Shown: positions 1 to 9,492 of the stretch, one piece after another
Numbering within the stretch: the first letter of the stretch is position 1
How the letters are laid out: every line of letters begins with the position of its first letter
Source: Marsupella aquatica
Taxonomy: Eukaryota > Plantae > Marchantiophyta
Length of the DNA: 64,000 nucleotides
NCBI GenBank assembly: GCA_973895155.1
Contig: OZ316899.1
Coordinates: 3,617,455-3,681,454, forward strand
Direction of reading: 5' to 3'
Notes under the pieces: generated by a model
Databases searched by the model: none
The model's input: the letters and a program-made list of their open reading frames with translations, nothing else
What the model was told of the DNA's origin: nothing
Translations under genes and position numbers: made by a program

Positions 1-1327
1 CCCTGCATGTGGCATGCCACGACCACGTCCACCGCCTCTACCTCCTCCTCCTCTTCCCTAATCATGTGTACGGGATCCTCCTCTCCGTAACTCAGGATGG
101 AGTGAGAAACACCTATCCTTGGTGTGTCCAGGAGCTCCACAGTGATCATACTGTCACTGATCAAGCGCTGATGCTCCCCCTGATCCTCTATGATCTGGGC
201 AATATCTCTGTGCATGATCCCCACCACAGGTCCAACATCCTGACTACTGTCCAGCATAAGAGGGCACAGGTCTCTGGCTGGTAGACTCTCGTGCAGTAGG
301 CTTCTCCCTCTGGCTCTTCCGTGTAGTAGGCTGTGGTGTGGATGTGGATGCAGCCTTTGGTGCTTCCTTGGCAAATCTGGAAGTCACCACCTTCTCATTC
401 ACCATATTGAGCTCAATGCGCTCAGAAAGTGTAAAAACAACTGCTAATGTGGGATCTGCATCCCTAAGCAGAGTGACATCTCTCACTCTGCGTCGCAATT
501 CTCTGTCCAGAATTGCATACCAAAACTGGACTGCCTGAGCCTCTGTCACTCCCTTGGTGACAGTGATCAATCTGCGCATACGAGTGTATGCCTCACGTAG
601 ACTCTCTCCAGTCTTGCGTTGGAACTCCTGAAGACCCTTCAACTTATCAATTCTTACACCCTGATAGTTCTGCTTCAGTACCTCAAAGAATTCCACCACA
701 GGGTTAAATGCTGGCGCAACTCCAATTCCTGTCACAATCACACCGGCAGGAGTAGCGGTGGATGTTGCTGGAGTGCTACTGGTGGATGGTGTGCCACTCT
801 GGCTAGTGCTGCTAGAAGAAGCAGCAGCTGTGGCAATGGGTTGGGCAACCGCACTAGTGCCATAGGTGATGGACACTAGGCGACCAATGCTGCCTCCATG
901 CCTCAATCTCAATTAAATGAGCCTTCCGAAACTCATGGTAGGCATCCATGGGTGGCCCCTCCAAATGCTGAAATAATCCCTTCCATGCCATGAAAGGGGT
1001 AAACAATGTGGCGTTATGCAATGTCTGCATATCGCACCACGTATCAAACTCCTGGATGAAGTCATCCAGATCAATCGTGCTAACTGCACCAAAGTATCGT
1101 CGTGGGCCCTTTGTAGCCCCTTACATCTCGTCCATATTCCACAACAAAGGTGCAACCACCTGATGATGAGGAGAACTGGTCACTGAGTCCTCATCAGAAT
1201 CACTGTCTAAAGCTGCACTGCTGACTGCTACCAATGCCGCTGGCCGAAACTGTGCCCCACTCCGAGTGAAACCGGTCCGTCGTCCATCGGGTAATCCAGT
1301 AGCACCAGAAGAATCCGTGGTGGCCAA
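1..1327 (-). pseudogene. Gypsy gag (retrotransposon gag domain + two CCHC zinc knuckles), disrupted
   Basis: ORFs 1121-1327 and 244-912 read KLKGLQEFQRKTGESLREAYTRMRRL...QFWYAILDRELRRRV. At 181-240 the minus strand reads GCWTCGGDHAQRYCPDH (CX2CX4HX4C). A degenerate second knuckle (DHCGAPGHTKDRC) lies near 105-150. Stops or frameshifts separate the pieces. Confidence 0.8.
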
Positions 1328-1509
1328 CCCTAACCTAATCTATATGCTAACCCTAAGGGCAAACTATCCCTGTCAGCACCACAAGCACTCACCATGGTGT
1401 GTTGGGCATCACTCCAACATCACCAGGAGAGAAATACACAGCACACTAGAATGTCCAGTTGCAAACCCGGATCACTCCTATGGAATCAAGCGCCCACACC
1501 GAACCAACA

Positions 1510-2845
1510 TGGTGCATAAATAGGAAACAAGTGTGGAGAGGATCCAATCAACAAGAATAGTCAAACACTAACTCTCCACACCAAGAGTGATCACACATTG
1601 ATCAAACAAATATTCATAATGTTCAATGAAAGGCCTTCATAATAGGCTTCATGATGTCCCAATGTTATAGATGAGAAACCATGCACAATTGGTTCAATCT
1701 GTGTATTTAGATGAACTCAGATTTATCAAAAACCTCTAAAGAGCCTCTGATTTGGCCCGAAACAAGGCTCTAAGCAAACCGGAAAGTGTATAAAGCCCCC
1801 TGGCGCTTGAATCTAAACAACAAGTTGTGAAAACTTGTGTGTACACAAGGTGGGATGAGAACTTGTCAGTAAGCGCTTGCGGCTGGGAATAGCCCCGGGA
1901 TGGGTGACCTCGACCTCGCGCCTGCTTGCGCTCGTGATGGATGACTTTGCGCTCGCGGTTGGGAGCACTTTCGGGATGGGTGACCTCACGCGTCGCCTTA
2001 TGCGCGCACAGTTGTGTGTGTACACAAAACAGAAGAAATGGTAACATTTGCTACTCAAAAGCAGCGATTTCCTTCACAAAAACGGCAACGTCGATGGCTC
2101 TCAACCTCTGCAAACTTGTCGTGCACGGTTCTGGGATATTTTGCGAGCGTCCCTTGACAATAGAACGCTGCAAGCACTCAAAATTCCAACAGATCTGTCC
2201 ACAAAACAGCAGTGCGATACAAGCAGCAACCTTCGGCCATCTCTTTCCAGATCCAGATCTAGACTCCAACTCAATCCAGATCCAGATCTAGACCAGATCC
2301 GGATCCAACAACGTTCAAGCTTGGCCAGAACCAGATTGAATAGCAACAGAGTACTCAAATAATAGAACCAACGATTCAAGAAACATGAATCCACGTCAAA
2401 CACAAATCCAATTGATTCGAGCTACCACGAACCGTCACCGTCAACGACAAACTCAGATTGAGCTTCTGTCCGCACAACAGAGTTTGAAGCTCATGATCTT
2501 TCAATGTAATCTCCATACAATCGGCACAACGATCCCGGTCAACTATACCCCATCGATCCCGCACCAATCCGATCACACACGTATGTCAAGCCAATGCACC
2601 TTGCACTACTCAAGGAATCCACGTTACACAAGCGGAGCTCACAGCCACCATAGCCACACTCAAGCTCCTCAAGCTCCTCTCTCTCCAAGGTTCAACATTG
2701 AAAGATGACCTTTCAATGCCTCACAAGTGAGAAGTACCCTCTCACACAAACCTGACGGAACCTTATCGGCTCATATAGCACACATACCAAACATACGGAT
2801 CTAGATAGTACGATACACTCTAACACTACCTAGAATGGTGTGACA
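1510..2845 (-). repeat. Probable 5' LTR of the Gypsy element
   Basis: The 2845 end is TGTCAC on the minus strand. The inner end is tentative: ...GCACCA-tgt-TGGTTCGG resembles an LTR end plus PBS near 1500-1515. Internal short direct repeats include CGGGATGGGTGACCTC x2 and CAGATCCAGATCTAGAC x2. Confidence 0.45.
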
Positions 2846-2847
2846 GG

Positions 2848-5511
2848 TCAGAGAATGAGTCAGAGTCAACAAGTTTAGAAGGTGGAGTTGAACCAACCAA
2901 CGATGATGTTGAGAGTAGGATGGAAATCTCCAGAATTTCAGGTAGGTTCTCCATGAGAGTTGTGAACAAAATTCAGACACTTTGTCCTTCTCTCCTTTCT
3001 ACGCGAGAGTAGTGTAGAGCCTTTCCAGTATTTTGGGTTAACTTTGAGTTGTTTGGTCTTTCCTCCCAGGAGTATGAAACACTTGCAAAAGTTACGTTAA
3101 AGGTGAATAGCATCAGCGAGTACAATTGGATTTTGTTTGCTCCAAAGAAGCTCTACTCTTTATGGAGGGAGGTTTGCAATACTTGGCTCAAGGGTAATCT
3201 TTTGGATTCAACCGGACAAATGATAGGAAAATCGAAAGAAGCAAAATAGTTGACAGGGACAACATTCCGGGTTTTTGAGGGTGCCGTAGAATCCGACATC
3301 TTGGAAATCCTCCACAAAGTGAATTTGGGGGAGGTGCTTTTGATGAAAAAGAAACATGCTCTGATTGATCTTCCCGCCATGTCAGAATTGACAAGAAAAG
3401 CAAAGTATATTGACAAACTTAAGGGGGCAATACTTCGATTCTATCGGGAGAAGTACGAAGGGGTTTTCTTGCAAGGATCAACTTGGGGTGATGTAGTTCA
3501 GCAATATAATTTCACTGATGAGGAATTGGATCGTTGTTGTGCAATGGTGGACATTGGATATTTCAAGAGCCTTGTGAAGGTGTCATTAAAAGCAGAGATG
3601 TCGGAGCCACTGAAAAATAGGTTGAGAAATATTCACCAAAAGAGGTTTGGCGGCCATCTCCGCGCAAGGATGGATCCTTACCGAGTTTTCTATACTGGAA
3701 ATTTGCTCGCGTCTGCTGATCCTCCTTTGATTCGGCTAGCTGCAAGGAGTCAATATTGGCATCTCTAGCGATTGTTGATTTGACCCATACTGGAAAACCG
3801 GTTTGGACGCAGTCCGAAATCTTGAACTTCTTGAAGATCGTCGTGAATATCCCAACAAATGATCTGGTAACAGTTGTTTTTTTTGTTCGTCCTGGTATTA
3901 TTCTTGCAAGAATAATTGAAGTTGTTCGAGATCTCCCAAAGAACTCTAATGCGCACCTTGAATATGGTTTGTTCATGAGGAGTTCTTTGGTTAATGCTCC
4001 TTTGCAACACATGAGAGGCAATGCGGACATGGTTCTTTTCCTTGGCGTCTCCCAAGATCGGGTTCTTGATTGGGAAAAGCATTTCAAGGATTTTACCGGT
4101 CACTTTGTGTTGGAGGAGTCCGACCTCGAGGAGACAATCAAGCCAAGTCGATAGGATTATTCCGATATTTCGAAGGAAGATATGTAGGAGAAAAAAGGGA
4201 CACATTGATCTCACGACTTGAAGGCCTTGTTCCTTTCAAGTTGACGACTGGACGGCCATTCATAGTGAATATTAAGCCCAGTCGCATCCTACAGAGTTTT
4301 ATTCATGCATTTTCTTCAAGGGAGGAAATTATCCTGGATTTTTTCACAGGAGGGCAGGTACTGAAGAATGCATTGATGCTTGAGCGGGGTATAGCAACGG
4401 AGACAAGAAACAGGTAAACAAGAATTTTTTTTCCTGTTTTTAATATGCTGTTACCAGGAAAAAATCACTGTTACTAGGAAAAATGACAATTTAAAAATGT
4501 CTCCTAAAACATGTTATTTCCAACAAAAATTAACAATGCAACATTTTTGGCTAGCTTTGGGCGCTACTATTAGCAGCACCGGGCGCTAGCAAAAAAAACT
4601 GGTCGACCGAAAAAAAAATTATTTCAAAAAAAATTCAAAAAAAATTTCCACCCATTTTCTTGTAACCAGTTTTTTTTCCTGTTACCAATTTCTGTTATTA
4701 AATCCTGTTTCCTATTTGCTGTCTTTTGTAAACACCTCCTTGAGCGTGAGTGTTTTTCATTCTGCTATGACCATGAGGATGTCTCTGACCTCACGGCTTA
4801 TGCAAAGAATCTTAAATTGTTAGTTCCGGTTGCACAGTTTGCCAAATCATTTTGGAAACCTCCTGGCCTTGAAGGGAGTTCAACTCAGAACTCCAATGCT
4901 AGTGGAGCAAAAGAGGGCCAGCATTATCAGATTGCCGATACAGTTTTACATTACGTCGGGGTGGAAGCGGAGGAAAAGTTTCTAAGTTCCATTGGGGAGA
5001 TGAGAATTGGTCCATCAGTCGTTCCAATTGCAAGTCGTGAAGGATTTCCTCTTCTTATGGCTGAAGGAGGGTATGGTTTGGCAGATAATTCTGAAAACTT
5101 ACAGACGAGCACGGGGTTGATTGCGTTCAACAAAACTCTGGAAGATGTTGTGGATGATGTCTCCCTACACACGTATCGTGTAGATCCTCAAAATTTGTTT
5201 GACCCTCCAGGGTTAGAGTGCAACAGAGGTGTTGAGCAATCTCTTCTAGATGATGCTTCAGTTCTTCCAAGTACCCAATTTTTGATGATTGTGAGGCAAA
5301 AACTACACTCGAGGATGTCAAGAAGGGGTTGGTGGATTGTGGACCCTTAAAAGAGATTGTTGTGGAGGAGGTTGGGATTGTGGAAAAATATCACACTCCG
5401 ATTGAATTTCAATGCAATGACAATGTTGACTCTCGTAGCGCTGAAGTAACAGGAGAGAATGATAACTCATTTTCTCTCACATCGAATCTTCCTGAGGTGT
5501 CAGAGAGGTGA
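2848..5511 (+). pseudogene. Cassette 1: helical middle domain + beta-class N6A/N4C DNA methyltransferase-like domain + acidic linker (5' truncated by the Gypsy; stops, frameshifts and a MITE insertion)
   Basis: Frames 3049/3250, 3756, 4070 and 4817 join up. The C-terminus reads KPSRILQSFIHAFSSREEIILDFFTGGQVLKNALMLER|ECFSFC, matching the beta-class pattern KPxxLxxxlIxxxSxxGDxVLDPFxGSGTTxxAAxxLGRxFIGxE. Removing the 352-bp MITE plus one 8-bp TSD (360 nt) restores the frame into ORF 4817-5350. Confidence 0.65.
4387..4738. mobile_element. MITE-like non-autonomous element, copy 1 (8-bp TSD, hAT-like by TSD length)
   Basis: Flanked by the perfect direct repeat CTTGAGCG (4379-4386 and 4739-4746). 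A near-identical copy is at 19107-19432. The terminal inverted repeats are imperfect (AGACA...GAAACAGG / CCTGTTTC...TGTCT). Confidence 0.85.
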
Positions 5512-5619
5512 GTTGATCGTGCGGAGGCAACCAATGAGGCAAGTGCCAATTTCCTCTCTCTTGTCTCAAGTCATAAAGTTCTAAACATAAACAAATGTCC
5601 TCTCCCGTCTCCGGATCTA

Positions 5620-6339
5620 ATGGATAACAAAACGAGGATTGACAATTGCCTTAGTGATCTGTTGGATCAGGATGTGGTTCTAGTCAGGACTAATGGGTGC
5701 CTAATAACTCGTGGACAGATGAGGTGCCTGAGTCCTAGAAATTGGATAAGTTCTGATATTCTAAATGCCTACTTAAGTCTCATAGTGGAGAGGAATGAAC
5801 ATTCCGACAGGGAGCTTCTGAAATACCATGTGTTTGACACTTGGTTCTATACTGCATTGACGTCGAATGGCTACTCTTACCGATCCGTGGAGGCTTGGAC
5901 TTCACAACTGAAATATTTCTTAATTGATTGTCATCGAATATTCGTCCCCATTCACGAAGGTGGCGATCATTGGGCGTTAGTTGTGATTGACATGGAACAC
6001 AAGTATTTAGAATATCTCGATTCTCTGCATAACAATAGGCCAGAGGTTCTTGAAAACTTAGCCAGATATGTCGAGGATGAAATTCAAAGCAGAAGTCACA
6101 AGCAAGTCTTAGCTACTCTATGACCAAAACATAGTCCCAAGGACATCCCAAGACAAACTGATTACTATAATTGTGGTGTGTTCGTTATGAAGTTTGTGAA
6201 CTACCGTAGTTTGGACCTTCCTTTTGATTTCACAGGAGAGGACATAGATTTGGAGAGGAGAGAAATCGTTTTAAGTCTATTCAGGAATAGATTGAGCTTT
6301 CCTCCGCAATACAGTGATTTCTGCACGAGACGCATGTAG
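5620..6339 (+). pseudogene. Ulp1/SENP-type SUMO protease (peptidase C48) domain with one in-frame TGA at 6121-6123
   Basis: Reads WISSDILNAYL, FDTWFY, PIHEGGDHWALVVID...YLDSL, then after the stop PRQTDYYNCGVFVMKF. His, Asp, Gln and Cys catalytic positions are all present. The frame continues to TAG at 6339. Confidence 0.9.
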
Positions 6340-6450
6340 AGGGTGACAGACGGGTTATTTGATTTCAAGGACTGACTTGACTTCAAATGGTCTTTGGTCA
6401 AGACTGTTCCAATGAATAACCATTTGGATTTGATATTTTTATGTTTGCAG

Positions 6451-7508
6451 AGTTTGTTCCCAAACTCCACTCAGAGATCAAGCAAAAGCTCTTGATTTTT
6501 GACCTTAATAAGGTTTGTTTCAATTCCGTAAAGAGTAAAAGCTCCGGACCATTTTGGAGGCTCACATCTGTGAGGGGCGTTCACTGGGGAAGACGGGGCG
6601 GGAACACATTTATGTATGTGGAGCGTCCAGGACTTCACAAATTTTTACAAGTGATTTTCAGGTATTACGATGTCGCGATTTGGACTTGCGCGGGAAGGCC
6701 GAGAACAAATGAAATGATGGATCTTGTTTTCAATGATGCTGAATGAAAGCAATTCAAGTTTGTATTCACCCAAGAAGAAACGTTTGACACTGGCTTTTTG
6801 AGGTTAGATATTACGGATGGGAAGGCAAACATACTTCTCAAGGAAATCCAAACTGTTTGGGATCGTTTTGGCAATAGATATGGTCCGACAAATACTGTTC
6901 TCATCGATGACTCTCCTCTAAAGTGTTTTGCGAATCCAAATGTTAACACGTTGTTTCCAGTTCCATTTGTTCACAACATGGGAGGCGACACTTTTCTGAT
7001 GGAGATATTGCTTCCACTTCTTCAAAGAATGCACAATGCTTTTGATGTAAGACACTTTCTGAATGTTAACTACCCAAAATGGTCCGCCTACAATAAGGGT
7101 GAAGCCCAAAGGAGGCATGGTGATATCTTTGCAGGACTCACTCAAGCCTGGGGGCACCGCGTTGCTGGCATCGTCGATAATTTCACTATCCTTGATCACA
7201 CGGCAGACGAGATTTCCTGGGAAGTGAAGCATACCGTGCAAAGTTTGCCACCGGTGCAGGATATGAGTGACCGTGACATCAATTCAATTGCTAAAGGTCT
7301 ACTTGGAGATGGTTATTCTGGCCCATATTTGCAAAATAAGTGGCAATTTGTTTGGGAAGTCCTAAAAACTAGGGACCTTACTTCTAAGTTTAAAAACTTG
7401 TATCCTAAAGACGCTTGCAACCGAGATAGAAAGGTTGATAAGTCAGGAAGTAGACTTACTTGCTCAAATATGTTTTGTAGCAACACACATTCAATGATCG
7501 TTATTTAA
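6451..7508 (+). pseudogene. FCP1/NIF-like HAD phosphatase domain, copy 1, with C-terminal Cys/His motif; one in-frame TGA at 6744-6746
   Basis: Reads KQKLLIFDLNKV, ERPGLHKFL...YDVAIWT and NTVLIDDSPLKCFANP, the NIF/FCP1 motifs. ORFs 6441 and 6798 are one gene. A phase-1 acceptor TTTGCAG ends at 6450. Confidence 0.85.
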
Positions 7509-7698
7509 AAATTTGGAGACTTGTAACATTGAGGGGAGGCCTATTACAAGTAAACAATTGTTATGGACTTCTGTATGGTTCCTGTTAGTGGGTGACAATG
7601 ACAATGTGACATTACTCATGTGACTATTCTCCACCAAATTTGTACGCCAAAAATGTATTTTACATGGATTTGGAAATTTCAACTGGTGTTTAGGAAAC

Positions 7699-8988
7699 TT
7701 GAAAGAGTGTTCTAGAAATTCCAGTTCCAAGTTTTGGAAACTTCATTTAAGGTTGTTGGATAATGTATTTATTGAATTTGGAAATTTTACCAAGCCACTT
7801 TGGAAAAAAGAATTTCCAGACTTAGTGAAATTACTGATGTCGGAGGAGCCTGGTGTTTTAATTGATAAGGATGTTGCATTTGCTCCCAAGTTTGATTTAG
7901 TCAAAGCAAAGCAGTGGATAGAATCTTTGTCCAAGGCGAGAAAGCTTCCAGCGGTGAATACAAACCCTGTGCCCGAGCAAGCGCCAGAGAAAGCTCCAGA
8001 ACCTACAACAGAGACCGCGGGAACTACAGCAGCAACCTCTCAAAGAGCAGTGGGAAAACAAAAACAAAGCCAAAGGAAACCTCCGGTTGAGAAGAAACTT
8101 CCAGTTGAGAAGCCGGTTGAGAAGCCGAGTACAAGAAGCCAAGTTGAGAAGCCAGTTGAGAAGCCAGTTGAGAAGCCAAGTATGAGAAGCCGAGTTGAGA
8201 AGCCAGTTGAGAAGAAACTTCCGGTTGAGAAGCCAAGTGCAAGTGAAAAGAGACCAAGACAGAAGAAGAAACAGAAAATTGACAGTGCCATCATGGATGA
8301 CACTACAGAAAACCTGACAATGCATTCACAAGATGTGGATGAGCAATTGGACGCTCCTGAGGAGAAGAAGGTCTTAGAAGGTAATGAGGTACTACAACAA
8401 ATGGAGCAATATTATATGTTTGGGATCAATTCGATATTTTCTATTCCCGTAGAGAGTATTTTCCCTGCGTTGGCAAGACTCTGTTACAGAATGTTGAATG
8501 CAGACCATGTAAAGGAGGTGGCCAATTCCATGATAAGAAATCTGGGGCATGAACCACACATAGCAGACTTGATTCCTTACACTGCAAAACATAGAAACCT
8601 AATGCAGTATGACAACATGGAATCAGATAGGAGGGACTTTGTAGCAACCGTGAAAAAGGGCGAGGTTCAATTCCTTGCCATTAGCGGTCAACATTCGGCC
8701 AGAGCAACCAGATGGATTCAAGAATGCGCAAACAAGGATGCCAAGCTAACAACATTGGTGAAAAAGCTGGAATTTTGAAAGTCAAGAATATTATCTCCTC
8801 GAACACCATCGTCAATATTAGTTGAGCATTCAATGCGATCTAATGCTATCAATAGCACGATGGTGTTTCAGTCCTGCTTCAAAGATACAGTCGTTCATGC
8901 CAGGCGACAATTTGTGGAATGTGGAAGACCTAGCCGGCCAAAACATGGGGACAACAAAACAAACGCTCAAGACAATCAAAAGTTTCAA
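7699..8988 (+). pseudogene. Cassette 2, 5' part: N-terminal region, VEKP repeats and ParB/sulfiredoxin-like N-terminal domain; TGA at 8776-8778
   Basis: Reads FSIPVESIFPALARLCYRMLNADHVKEVANSMIRN...QFLAISGQHSARA, resembling ParB-N (ipi..I.p...R.......eLa.SI...G...P....iidG.rR..A). The frame continues past the stop (KSRILSPRTPSSILVEHSMRSNAIN...) to a candidate phase-0 donor at 8989. Confidence 0.6.
8083..8235 (+). repeat. Coding minisatellite, 12-bp core GTTGAGAAGCC(A/G) encoding VEKP repeats
   Basis: Visible tandem copies; the protein reads PPVEKKLPVEKPVEKPSTRSQVEKPVEKPVEKP... Confidence 0.85.
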
Positions 8989-9039
8989 GTACGAAGTGTT
9001 ACTGCTTGATGGGTACAATACCGTAGTTTCTCCATATGT

Positions 9040-9430
9040 GGTTACAATTGAGATGGTAGTCTTTGACCACAAAGCTTCAAGTTTGGTTTGGATTGAGATG
9101 GTCCGAGTCCAAATGGATACATGCACATTCAGTAGAATATTTCCACTGATATCATCTAGTTTTGTGTTGGACTGGGATGGTCCCAGTCCAAATGGATTCA
9201 TGCACATTCAATAGACTATTTCCAATGATATTGTCTAGTTTTGTGTTGGACTAGGATGGTCCCAGTCCAAATGGATTCATGCACATTCAATAGAATATTT
9301 TTCCACTGATACTGTCTAGTTTTGTTTTGGACTAGGATGGTCCCAGTCCAAACTAAATCATGCACATTCAATAGAATATTTCCACTGATATTGTCTAGTT
9401 CTGTGTTGGACTGGGATGATCTCAGTCCGC
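9040..9430. repeat. Tandem array of ~79-bp units, each containing an 11-bp-stem palindrome
   Basis: Units start TGCACATTCA at 9122, 9201, 9280 and 9361, with a degenerate unit before 9122. The first unit has the perfect hairpin TTGGACTGGGA-TGG-TCCCAGTCCAA at 9167-9191. Confidence 0.9.
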
Positions 9431-9492
9431 ACCTGAGTGCATTCAAACAATTGAGTTATGGAGAACTAACAGACTTTCCTTTGCAATTGTAG

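Larger units (their letters stand above)
1..2845 (-). mobile_element. 5' part of a Ty3/Gypsy LTR retrotransposon (LTR + gag) running off the left edge; inserted into the outer CACTA's methyltransferase-like gene
   Basis: The minus strand begins TGTCACACC at 2845, a typical Gypsy LTR start. A gag-like frame lies downstream on the minus strand. The CACTA cargo reading frame resumes immediately at 2846 on the plus strand. Confidence 0.75.

Noticed and set aside
7897-8325. Minus-strand ORFs (LLNW/ASQL/GFST repeats) as membrane proteins
   Set aside because: They are antisense shadows of the VEKP coding minisatellite.
9122-9430. CRISPR-like array (regular palindromic repeats)
   Set aside because: The sequence between palindromes is also repeated, so there are no unique spacers. 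No cas genes are present and the context is eukaryotic.
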